Source: Fimbriosthenelais zetlandica
Taxonomy: Eukaryota
DNA: 64,000 nucleotides
Assembly (NCBI GenBank): GCA_977030845.1
Contig: OZ365114.1
Coordinates: 21,080,001 to 21,144,000 of the forward strand
Direction of reading: 5' to 3'
The notes under the pieces were generated by a model. That model ran no database searches, was not told where the DNA came from, and worked only from the letters and a program-made list of their open reading frames with translations. The translations under genes and the position numbers were made by a program. Positions 53,501 to 64,000 of this stretch are shown in pieces; positions within the stretch are counted from its first letter, which is position 1; each line of letters starts with the position of its first letter.

Positions 53501-56500
53501 ACTCCTGTTTGTGAGCTGGTATGTTCTTATAAATTATTCGGCATGTAATATTCCTCTTCATAATGCAGTAGTCAGTTCTGACACTGATGTGCATTATAAC
53601 AGTAGGCTCATCAAACATTCAGTCATAAATAGAAAAGCACGAGTACAAATCAAAGTAGGTCAGTCGTTACAACAGTCTTATTGCCTCCCCTCCACATTTC
53701 CATCACCATATCTAATATCTAAACTGCAATTTCTTCCTTCCACACTTGTCAGCTCCATTATCATCCATGATATTACAATGGATCCCTGTTCAGCATAGCA
53801 ACTTATTCATACACAATTATGTGCTACGTGTAAGCAATGAATTACGAGTTGTAATATAGGGGATGGTGTTTTACTGCTTTCATTTGAATAAAAGAACAAC
53901 ATTCCGTCGTGTTCCTTCAGCCGGCCTCAAATTTCCTAATCCAACTTATTTCGATATAGCCTGCCATATTGACATTTGGGCTGATATATGGCACTATATT
54001 CAAATTGTTGAAAAATAAAAAATTCCATAAAGTATTGAAAATGACAAGTTCTAATGAAGGATACAGATTTCATGGCAATTTGAGAGAAAGCAATTTGCTG
54101 GAAATCCATCAGTGTATTTGGGAGGAGTGTCAACTTAAATGAAAAAGTAATTGCTAGCTCAAGTCTGGGTGTGAAGATTTTAAGCTGTTTCAGGATTTAT
54201 ACCCAGGAAGCCATGTCTGTAAAGTTAGTTTACTGTCAGGTTACCGCTCCTCCTCCCAAACCTAATAACACAAAATTATAGTGCTAAGAAGGATTGGAGG
54301 CATGAACCCGGGAGAAGAGCCAGTGATGTGAACCGAGATGCTCTAAGCAATTCCTGCAGTAACTGAAATTAATGGAATTGCATTGCATTGGAGTTCATCA
54401 ATTTCAGATTCATCATCATCTGCAATTGAGGCATTGGAAGTCGACAGATTCCTATATTTTCCCATTTAATTAACATGGACAATGCATCATTCCTCAAATT
54501 TCTTCAAAATTAATTTTCAGCAGTCTGGGAATACACAGTGTCATTTGATATACTGAAGTATTAAAGGGAAGATTAATCTTGGATGAAAGTCTCCACACTT
54601 TTCCCACGGTGTTATTTGACTGAAGTTAGCACCATGGTTTAATTGTTAAAGATAGAGTGTAGACAACATAACTCATCGTTCCTTCAGCTATATAAAGCTT
54701 AGAGGGGAAGCCTCTAATCTGAACTACTCAAGTGAATAGGACATTTCATTTCCCTTACTGCATGAAATAGAGTGATAAAAAGTGTGCTAATTGTCACTTT
54801 TTATCGATTTCTCTCCTAGACAATAAGCCTCAGAGCGATCTCACCATTGATTTGTAAGTAAAACCATCTGTGACCTTTGATAACCTGAGTGATGGCACTT
54901 CTCTTCATTCAGATGGAAGTGAGTAAAAGAGCAGCAGACATGCAATAGCATTCATTCTCAATCCTATAAGATCTCCATTCCTCCTTATTTGGCGAGGCTT
55001 GTATTTTGTCCATTGTGCGGGCTCAGACTTTGCCCATCTTTCCTTATTCAGGATTGTCTACTGTCATTTGTGGTGGCCAATACCTCTGGGTCTACTGCTC
55101 CTATATAAGAGACTTTAGAAAGCTGAGAAGTACATTAGAGCGGTCTAGGAGACTTTGATGCATGTAGTTAGACATTTAACTTCTTCACAATTGTCAATCT
55201 TTAATGACCATTTAATGCAGCCACAGAACCAAATTTGAGGAATTTAATTACACAGCGTCTTTGAAAGCTTGCTAAAATAATCACTCGTCCATGCATAAAC
55301 TTGGATTTCACTGCCTTTTCATTAAAGTTCCATATGAAGGGGATCGACTTCTCAGGACCTAGCTCAGGAGAAAAATATGTCACTTCAGCCCCTGTTGGTG
55401 TCAACATTATAGGCAGGCACTGACCAATGTGGCACATTGCTTCCTGGTGAGAGCTTTACAGATTATTCCTGTCAATGGGTAGACATACAGGTCACCCACT
55501 GTCTGATTGTAACCAGTATCTGACACACACAGACCAACTTTTACTATGGCCAGTTCCATCCAACTGTCAATGTGAAATATTATACTAAAGGACAATGTAC
55601 TATACAGCGGATTGCAGGCTTCCTAATTTACGAGGGACCATATGCACCCAGTCTCAGAGGACATGCAAACCAACCTCATTTCGTGAAAAGACCATCATAT
55701 ATATCCCATTTTTAGTACTGCCTCTACAATCCCTGTCTGTCAAGTAATTAATCTCAGGAGGCATTAGCACCTATAACGGTGGGAAAATGGGACATTAACA
55801 CCTCTTGCAGTGCATGTATTAAAGAATAAGGATCATGCAAGGCACCACAACCGCGGCTCTTAAATTACACATCCTCTGCCTTTCATTGCCACATTATCAA
55901 GCCAGCGTTTCAATCCGTAGCACTTGATATGCAAATAAAGACAGGGAATCTTCACGGCCTCTCATCTATAGTTTGTGAAATGAGCAGGCACTGATGATAT
56001 AATTACAGAGGTTGAGCGCCTGATTTAGAAAAAAAGCTGAGGCCATTGAATCAGCTTGCTAAACTTCAAACCTGTATGGGGATGGACAGAGGCAAATTTA
56101 ATAAAATCGGCCAATTTTATTAAACATAGTTACTTTAATGCTTCTCATAGGGTCCAGTACTAATCGCCAGTCAAGGAATATGAGAGGCATGAAGCTGGCT
56201 GCAGTGTTGGTGGTGGGAAGGGTAGGTGTGACATGAATGGGAAGAGGTGGAACTGTCAGGGCCTTCTGTGCCCTTCTCCTGTTTACTGATCTCCTGTCTA
56301 CTGTCTTTACCTGGTATGTCAACTACAGCTAGCCTTGCATGTTGGTTAATTCTACAAGACTTTCCTGCTGCAGCTTTTCCTACTGCATCAGCCCATGTCA
56401 AATGTCAACACTCAAAGTGTGGCAGAATTTACCACCTGATCTGTACATTACATTTCCCTAATAGGCATGTATTCCCATAGTCTCATTTACAAACTGCCTG

Positions 56501-56960
56501 GGAGCTTTGAAAATCGGAATTAAGCAACTGAAAGGTTAAACCTGAATTGCCCCAATCACCCGCATCCGTTGACATTTCATATTACATAGTTTTCAACCGA
56601 GGCAATATCAATTTGAAACAATGCACGAATTGCTCATTTCCCATGCATTTTTAAGGCCAATATAGTTTCTTTGCAATTCAACAGTGGATATTTTCACGGA
56701 AAAATGTAGGTCATCAAAATATTATGCAAAGCCCATTTTAGGTCAAAAACATTATGGGCTCAAACGTAATAATACAAAATGATTATTAATCTTGCAGGGT
56801 AAAATAATATGCGGAAACATTTTTTTAAATGACAAAACCACTTAATGGAAACCGTACACGGGTTCACACAATTGGATTAATTTTCTGTTTTACCTGTACC
56901 TACGAGCAGGTAAGACTAAAATCTTCATATGTTTCACGGAAAAAGAATAAGTAACCTTCA

Positions 56961-56966
56961 ACTTAC
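56961..56966 (-). promoter_or_regulatory. 5' splice donor GTAAGT ending the GPCR exon (phase 0)
   Basis: Plus-strand ACTTAC at 56961-56966 reads GTAAGT on minus, a perfect donor. It lies directly after codons AAC AAC ACT GGG (NNTG), just before the position of the conserved Cys of GABA-B flytrap domains. Confidence 0.9.
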
Positions 56967-57443
56967 CCCAGTGTTGTTGATGGTGAGACTAAGCTTGTAT
57001 CCAGGCAGTATATTTGGGTCATTGTTAACATCCTCCAAGCCCATGGTGATGGCAGGGAGCTGTCCAAGTCCTCCTGGCCAGGACCCGTTAAAGGGGAACA
57101 AGCCAAGAAGCCAGATCTCTGTCCGTGGTTTCTCACCCTCAGTGTCATTACTCCGGTATGAAGCGTCACGGTAGAAACTGGGTAGAGAGTTGTAGGTGAG
57201 ATGTGGAGGTGTCAAACCAGTACCACCTGATGAACCATTAATGTTATCATTATTGTGACTATTCCCTTGTCTCGTCACATCCTGCACAGAACAGCCTACC
57301 AAAGTCCACAATGTCAAGAATGTAAAAGCACAGTAATAATAGTACAGAGTCCAGGATAGCATTGTGCTCGTGGTAGTGGTCCTACCCCTGGACAAGGGTT
57401 GGGGTTGTTGGCAAGGGTAGATGGGTGCTATATCCTGAGCCAT
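56967..57443 (-). CDS. First coding exon of a GABA-B receptor-like class C GPCR (signal peptide + start of Venus-flytrap domain); rest of gene not found in window
   Basis: ORF 56958..57443 contains a hydrophobic signal-like segment (MLSWTLYYYYCAFTFLTLWTLVGC), a low-complexity N/G/S linker, then EIWLLGLFPFNGSWPGGLGQLPAITMGLEDVNNDPNILPGYKLSLTINNTG. This aligns without gaps to the GABA-B1 N-terminal motif as I recall it ([49 protein letters not shown]), about 22 of 50 identities by hand count. It has four N-glycosylation sequons (NGS, NDT, NGS, NNT). The frame runs into GGG|GTAAGT, so the last ORF residues (VS*) are intronic. ATG at 57443 has good Kozak context (acaATGG). Subunit (B1, B2 or invertebrate-specific paralogue) cannot be fixed from this exon, so no symbol is given. 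Confidence 0.9.
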
Positions 57444-59553
57444 TGTAGGGATAGGATGGGAATGAAGGAAATGGCCCTTTGTATTGGTGGTTTACTTTCT
57501 CCTGCTGCTATATGTGAACAATTTGTCTCCTACTTTGGGATCTATCATCATAGAGCTGTCCTGAACCTCCTCTCAGGGGAAGGAGAAAAGCTATTGAAGG
57601 CGGGGGATATATTCCAAGGCCTTTAGGAGAGAGCAATCGAGGCCTGATTGGGATCAGCCGGGATCAGTCGTAGATTAAAGCCCGACCGGTAGCGACATCC
57701 CTGTGATCTAGCGACACAAGTTATGGATGCCTTAATCTTCGCTGCAGTGTTCAGAGATGAGAAGATATCATTCGGGTTCTTGACTACCATCCCACCTCGT
57801 AAACCTTTGTGTTCGCCACAGCAGAGCACTTTTGGCTGCGTTAGAAGAGGCCTTAAACTAGAGGAAGTATATTAGAGCAAGCTTGTATTGGACCAAGTGG
57901 CCCTCTCTTTCTCTTTCTGCCACCAAGGCTAAATGGTGATCAGCCTTTGCCACCTCCTATCCCACCTTAGAGGAATTCTATTACAGTGACCTTTCCCAAT
58001 ACTGTGCTTCCTGAAGTTTGGATGCCATGTTCTGCACATACATCTTACTCTGTACTGATGATTTTTTTGGTTTTCATACACAGTTTACATTCACTATCCT
58101 TCAAAGCAAATCATGTTTTGAAATGCAGAGTACAGATCATGCATTTTCGGATTGAAATTGTAAATATTTTGTGTCAAGTTTAAATAACTCGTGTCACTTT
58201 TTCCTCATATTTGAAGGAAAGTGATAGTATCAATGACTGCGGTAGCAAATTATGTCCGAGGATCAGGATGTGAATCAAGGCTTTTTCAAACCTTGCGACG
58301 GAAAAAGTATGATTTATCACTATTGGCTGAAGGTAATTCAACAAAGGTAGTTATTGAATTTGGTAACTGGATCCGCAATCCAACACAAAGAAGTGTGTTA
58401 TTCAAGGGAAAAGTTAAATGACACTGAAGGTTTCCACGTAGTAAGCTCCAGAAGATGTAAAAGTTTCTTACCTTCAGTCACAAGTTATAATTTTCCAATA
58501 ATTGAACTCCACAAATTGAAGGCAATGTTTTCCCAAAGAAAAGTTCATAGAAACACAAAAAGGAATGTTTTTGTAATAGTTGTAATAAGGATAGAGTAGG
58601 AGTAGTTAGAGAGTGGCGCTTGGTCCTTGGTATAAGGCAAGCTGACGCTCCCTCAACTGGCCTGACGCTTGTAGGGCGACGCTTGTAACTCCAACTCGCG
58701 ATGGGCGCTTCCTCCTGCGCCTCTACCACTCCCCTTCCTCCTCCCCTTGTCTTCCACCTCCGCTTTAGTTCACCAAAAGGGTGTCAGGTGGCGTGGCAAT
58801 ACACTGGACTGGTTACTAAGGACAGGATACCATAGGGCCAGTTGATAAAGACTCGGGAGGAGAAACTACATTTATCACCCTAGAACGATCCGGCTATCAG
58901 TCTCAGTCAAACTATAGACGGCTAGAGTGGAATGCTATGTGAAATAGGCACTCATAATGTCGCCCCTCACACCCAAAATCCCTGCCAGACATTCTCTCCC
59001 TCCTGAGTCGAGCAACTCAGAGTAGCTCTCATGGACTCAATCAGGACGGTTGCTAGGTGACGACATGACTCTAATTCTTGAATGGCAATTAATTCCCACG
59101 GGGAAGGAGTAAGCCCTATGACTGAGCTTGCGAATTGATCCTGACCACAAGGCCAAGCATGATCCACTGACAAAAAACACCTGATAGGTATTCTCCATGT
59201 AATTTCAAAGTTATGGCCTTAATTAAAGCTGGGATGACTTAACTCCCTTAATGACCTATCCTGGATATCTCTTCCATTCTGTCATCAGATGAAATTCCCG
59301 TGGCAACTGGAATTGATTCATAGTAATCCCAAGATTTTATATTTCGTTAAATCCATCCAGCGTGAGATAAGCGTTATGTAAACAGTGAAGATAAGGTGTT
59401 CCATGCACCTGCAGCTCACCAAGACATGTTTACATGTATCCAAGCACGGCCTGGTGCCTCGGCAGCAGCTGCGAGCTGGTGTCTTTCCTTAAAGTTTCCG
59501 GGAGGCGATCCTCTGCGGCTCCACATAGGCAGGAGAAGGTGGTATAGTCTCAC

Positions 59554-59697
59554 CATAAGCTTTCTTTGTAGCCAGTGAGTGAAGGATTTGAGGTGATATA
59601 GAAGTGTGAGCACCACTGGGAATCAGTGGGAGCGACTCCAGTATCATGCGGTTCACATCGAGCTGAATGCAGACTGTCTCTCCCAGTCAGACGACAG
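59554..59697 (-). other. Candidate upstream (5'-UTR) exon of the GPCR gene; alternative end at 59420
   Basis: The minus strand reads CACTAATTTATTTTTTCTGTTATTTCTTACAACAG|CTGTC (branch-point-like CTAAT, long pyrimidine tract, CAG; AG at 59699-59698). GTGAG donors follow at 59553 (ATG|GTGAGA) and 59419 (TTG|GTGAGC). It is on the same strand as the CDS and ~2.1 kb upstream. No transcript evidence. Confidence 0.4.
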
Positions 59698-62600
59698 CTG
59701 TTGTAAGAAATAACAGAAAAAATAAATTAGTGGCAAATAGTGAATGTAAAAATAGCTAACAGGCCAGGGATATAATGTTTAAAAATATAAATTTTTAAAA
59801 ATGAATGTTTTCTAGAATACGTAATTAAAAATTATGCAAAAGGCCTGGCTAAACATCGTGGAGAACATCAGTTCACTAAGTTCAAATTAATGAGTGAATG
59901 AGTGGCCTGCATTTACAATGATTAAAATAAATACTTTCTATAAACATACCGGTATAACACTAAAATGTATAGTGTCACCCAAGATACAATTAATATAAAA
60001 CACACTGTCATTATGTGTTCATCTGTGGCGGCACCTGGGCGAGCTATGCCATTGGCAATAATCAACGCGTGCTATACATTCATGTGAGAACCACCTTTAC
60101 ATACATGTATATAAAAACATTATTAAATCGGAGTTTATAGCCAAGCCTGCTCATGTTTATGGCCAGGAGGCTTTTTATGATATTCTTTTCTGTGGATGTC
60201 TTTAAAAGCTGCCATAGTGACTAGGCCAACTATATCAGGTACAATAAAATTTCATTGGCAAAAAGTAATGCATTGTTTTGTTGAAAACACAACAATTTAT
60301 GGTGCCAGCTAGTTATTAATAAATTTCATTATTATACGCCAGTGACTTGCGTCATGAACTCCATTAAATGATCCCGGATGTGTTCTAATATTCTGCATGT
60401 CCTTTCCCTGAGACCTATTAACAGAAACCAATGAATTATCCTCATAGAGTCTCACTCGGTTTAAATTTATATTTATACCAAATACACACTCATTCTATAT
60501 AACCACATTGCACATTAACGTGTGCGGGAAAGAGAATCAAGAACTTGAAGAAGTATTGAAAAGGGAAGGCAAGAAAAACAATGGGAAAAGGACGTGCAAT
60601 GGAAAATACATTGAGAGTATAGAATTCTACTTTAGGTTGTTATTATCTGGTCGTTATTCTAGATGCCTTCATAATATTTTCCGATCCCATAATCAAAGGA
60701 ATACTAGATAAATCATTGAACCTGATACATATAATTAAGATATCTAAGAAGTCAAAGTATTCTAGAATTGCCCCGTTCAGATGACCACTAATATAATGTA
60801 ATTAAACCATAGTGATACTCTCTGACATCGAGATAAACCTCACGTATACATAATATTAATATATTATTTATTTGATAGACACATGCGATGAAATCTAAAA
60901 TTATTTACAGGGGCAATAAGAAACACATGTAAACCTTTTCCCATGTATAATCTGTACATATTATTTATCTGTAGGGCAGCGGCGGACCAAAACAACTATA
61001 AAGGTCAATGAATATCTTTGTTTGCCAATACCACAAAAGTCCATAAAATCAAAGTTCATACCCAGAAGGTTTCCCCTTATACAGGTCCAAAAAAGGATTG
61101 ATTATAGACAAACTGCCGGAAGAAGGGGCCATTTTCCTTGACAATCAGGTCCAAATGCAATGTATGTGTGTTGTGTATGGTGTTGCATCGAAGAAACCCG
61201 ACAGTTAACACAGAAAACTTACAGAAAGAGACTATTTCTACTTTCTGTTGCTTCCTTAAATTGAGATGCAACAAATATTCTTCCATGATACAATAACAAA
61301 CAACAACAACAGCAAAACAGAAGGCCAGCATAATCTCCAACTGCATGAGTTGATTGATTCCGTTGGATGATTAAAATAGGCAATTGAGGTTTCATTAAAA
61401 ATGTGGAGCTTCATTTATACGTACACGTGTATCATATTTGAAAGTAAACTGCGCTAGTTACATACAGATATATGATAAAATGAAATGATATAAATACGAG
61501 GAGGGAAACTCAATATTTTACATCACAGCAAATGAAATTCTGCCTATATGGCATTGAATAGTTTCGAGAGTTGGCTGGAGATTGCATTGTAATTTGACTA
61601 TGGCATGATATGTTCTATCAATATTTCTAAAGGGTAATGTGCAACAAATGGCAGCTATCAATTACAACTTGTTTCAGGGCCTTACTATAGCGTAATGTGT
61701 TTTTACTGAACCTCATATGTACCTGAATGTACCAACACTATCTGGGTTACAGCTCACAAAATTAATGTATACTTCAAGTATAGGCTTACCTAATCCATGT
61801 GTGATTAAAAAAAACATTAACAAAAAACATCACCATCTTCTCGTAAATTATGAGTCGGCTGCCCATGGCACGTTTTATCCTCCTTATAGGAAAGACTTAA
61901 TCCACAGACATGTTGGCAACAACAGTATGCAAATGATATACATTGAACAACAAGTTACCACGGGTATTAATTTATATATCACATATTTTCAAACCCATCG
62001 GGCGCGTGTAATATAGCAAAGCCTGAGTTGGAGGGAATCGGGGACATACTATAATAATAGATAGCAATAGGATTACCCCCTAAGTCCATAGAGTTTGGAA
62101 GCCACCAGGAAGTGAGAAGAAAAGTCAAGTGGCTTCCTTGCAGGGAGATGGCCTGATAGATTGGAGGGACGATGCAATTAGAGGGAGCAGGTTGGCAGAC
62201 AAGGGCGTAGTGATTAATTGGTTACAGTCAGATAATGGGGTAAGGTTAGTGGGAGGAGGAGGGTGTTAACAGAAGCCTAATGGTGGCGCTAATAGAGAAT
62301 TGATATGACGTGACTCTACACTCTTACATCCAGTTGTTGGTCATACACAGGAGGGGATCACTTTCTCAAAAGAACGCCACTCACTTAAGCAATGCTCTTG
62401 CATATTGCAAACAAATTTGCATTGATGTCTCATGCATTCCTTGGAAAGGAATAGCTCCAGCAGCAGCAGGCAAAGAGATTAGAGATGGACTAGTGAATTA
62501 AGCGGCAATCCTTCTTCCATTGATTATGAATTTCTCAGGTGTTATATAGTAATTAATTAGCGCAACTAATCAGAAAGCTACGGACTGCCATTCGCTTCCA

Positions 62601-64000
62601 TTCCCTTGATACTCACGCGATGCAATGTAAAGAGGCTGGGTGGCTGCTGAGGCAGCCTATAACTGATAAGTGTGGTGTTGGTGATACAAAATAGCATTAT
62701 CTCAAGGCTGGGGGGTGAATGATGTTATAACTTTATAGACAATAAATTTTATTTATACATTCTATACCTATGGGGAGCGACATCATTTCCTTCCTGAAGG
62801 AAAGGGTTAAACTCTATTATCTATATCATTATCTGGAGATTCTACGCCCGAATCTGAGCACAGATTTTATGCCTTTATATCTAGAGGGACGGGATGTGGT
62901 GCTTTTAGCAGCAATTTGTTCATATCCCCCGGCGTTAGGAAATATAGGCGATGAGGGGTTTACAATTGATAGGTGTGACCCTAATATCATTATTTTAGCC
63001 CTGAAGCATGTACATAGCAGAATAAAGATTCTTACTCTTATCCTACGTGAGGATAGACAATATCCTGCCTTCTACAAGTAGTCATATCCCGGGGGTTTGT
63101 GGAGCGGAGGGGAGGTTACAACTGATAGATGTTTGCCTCTCTAAAGGGCGGGAAACTATAGGCGTTATAACCTACTGCCGTAAATCAACCCTCACCAGCC
63201 TGTCCCTGACTTGATATCGAGCCATTATTGGCAGGTGATTGTCGGCCATATTGGCATTGTCTGATGGGAGGGAGTTTTAATGGGTGTTTGGCCCGGGAGA
63301 TGGCGTCCTGGGTGTATGATCCATTGGTGGATGAATCAGTGGTGGGGACAGATAGGAGTGAGAGAGAGGGGTCTGAAACCTAGTCATTGATTACATGCTC
63401 CAAGCTAGCCATCCATCGGGGGGAAGGATACACACCACAGGCCCGTGACTGTCATTCACCCGTCCCTCATAAATACCTGCCACCATGTCATAACACTCAA
63501 CACTTGATGATCATTTTACTCTACATAACCATAAGCTGTGAAATAATCGATAGACGGGACAGTGTGCTCACATTTAGAGTTCTATTCCTAACCCCGGGTA
63601 CAGGCCACACCAAACATGATGGCCTACTATAGCGAAAATAAGCGGAGAGTCTCACACTTCCCATTCTAATAATTATCGACTAGACAGGGAAAGACTTAGT
63701 GAGCCCTGATCTTAAACTTAAAAAACATACTATTTGTATTTCTAGGAAAAACATGTTAAATCCTTCATTATGCAGAATATGTAATCTTCATTACCTCGAA
63801 GAAACCCATCAGTTAAAAAAACTATATTCCAACCCGTTTTTGCTAGCTCCCACATCCTGCAATCTACATATTTAAAAAAAGAAAGAATGCCTTAAAATCC
63901 CATCGATTTCAGAAAAAGACTTGGAGGAGGGGACTCTGGGGACAAATACGCCTGACTCAATATGAGAGAATGCCTCTCATCAGTGAATGAGGAAAACTCT

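Larger units (their letters stand above)
1..56966 (-). other. Probable very long first coding intron of the GABA-B-like gene (>=57 kb, runs off the window)
   Basis: It follows the donor at 56966. Manual checks of minus-strand AG|TGY acceptor candidates and later GABA-B motifs (CxPG, GCS, WNL, FFR, DARII, YDA) found no matching exon. A short or divergent exon could have been missed. Confidence 0.6.

Noticed and set aside
54774-54805. Perfect 11-bp hairpin GATAAAAAGTG-10nt-CACTTTTTATC
   Set aside because: One such AT-rich stem is within chance expectation for 64 kb, and it is too short for a miRNA precursor.
56692-56944. 13-bp direct repeat TTTCACGGAAAAA at 56692 and 56932, near the splice donor
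   Set aside because: Only two copies with unrelated flanks; not clearly above chance.
62770-63081. 103-aa plus-strand ORF upstream of the GPCR
   Set aside because: No recognisable motif, and ORFs of this length are expected by chance in 64 kb.

Overview
This is eukaryotic (animal, probably invertebrate) genomic DNA, moderately AT-rich and almost entirely non-coding. I saw no prokaryotic operon structure, CRISPR array, rRNA or tRNA. Only one coding segment is well supported: a minus-strand exon (57443->56967) of a GABA-B-receptor-type class C GPCR, encoding a signal peptide and the start of the Venus-flytrap domain and ending at a GTAAGT splice donor. I could not find the expected next exon in the ~57 kb downstream (positions 56966->1), so most of the window appears to be one very long intron. 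That intron holds a MITE-like foldback element, small tandem repeats, a (TCTCTG)n microsatellite and several CpG-retaining, motif-rich patches (27.8-28.1, 26.85 and 50.1-50.9 kb) that may be enhancers, promoters or transposon ends. Upstream of the exon are a candidate 5'-UTR exon and a CRE-half-site patch. The other ORFs in the track look like chance ORFs. I found no convincing evidence of a new biological system; the findings are modest leads. All motif searches were done by eye, and reference sequences were recalled from memory rather than looked up.
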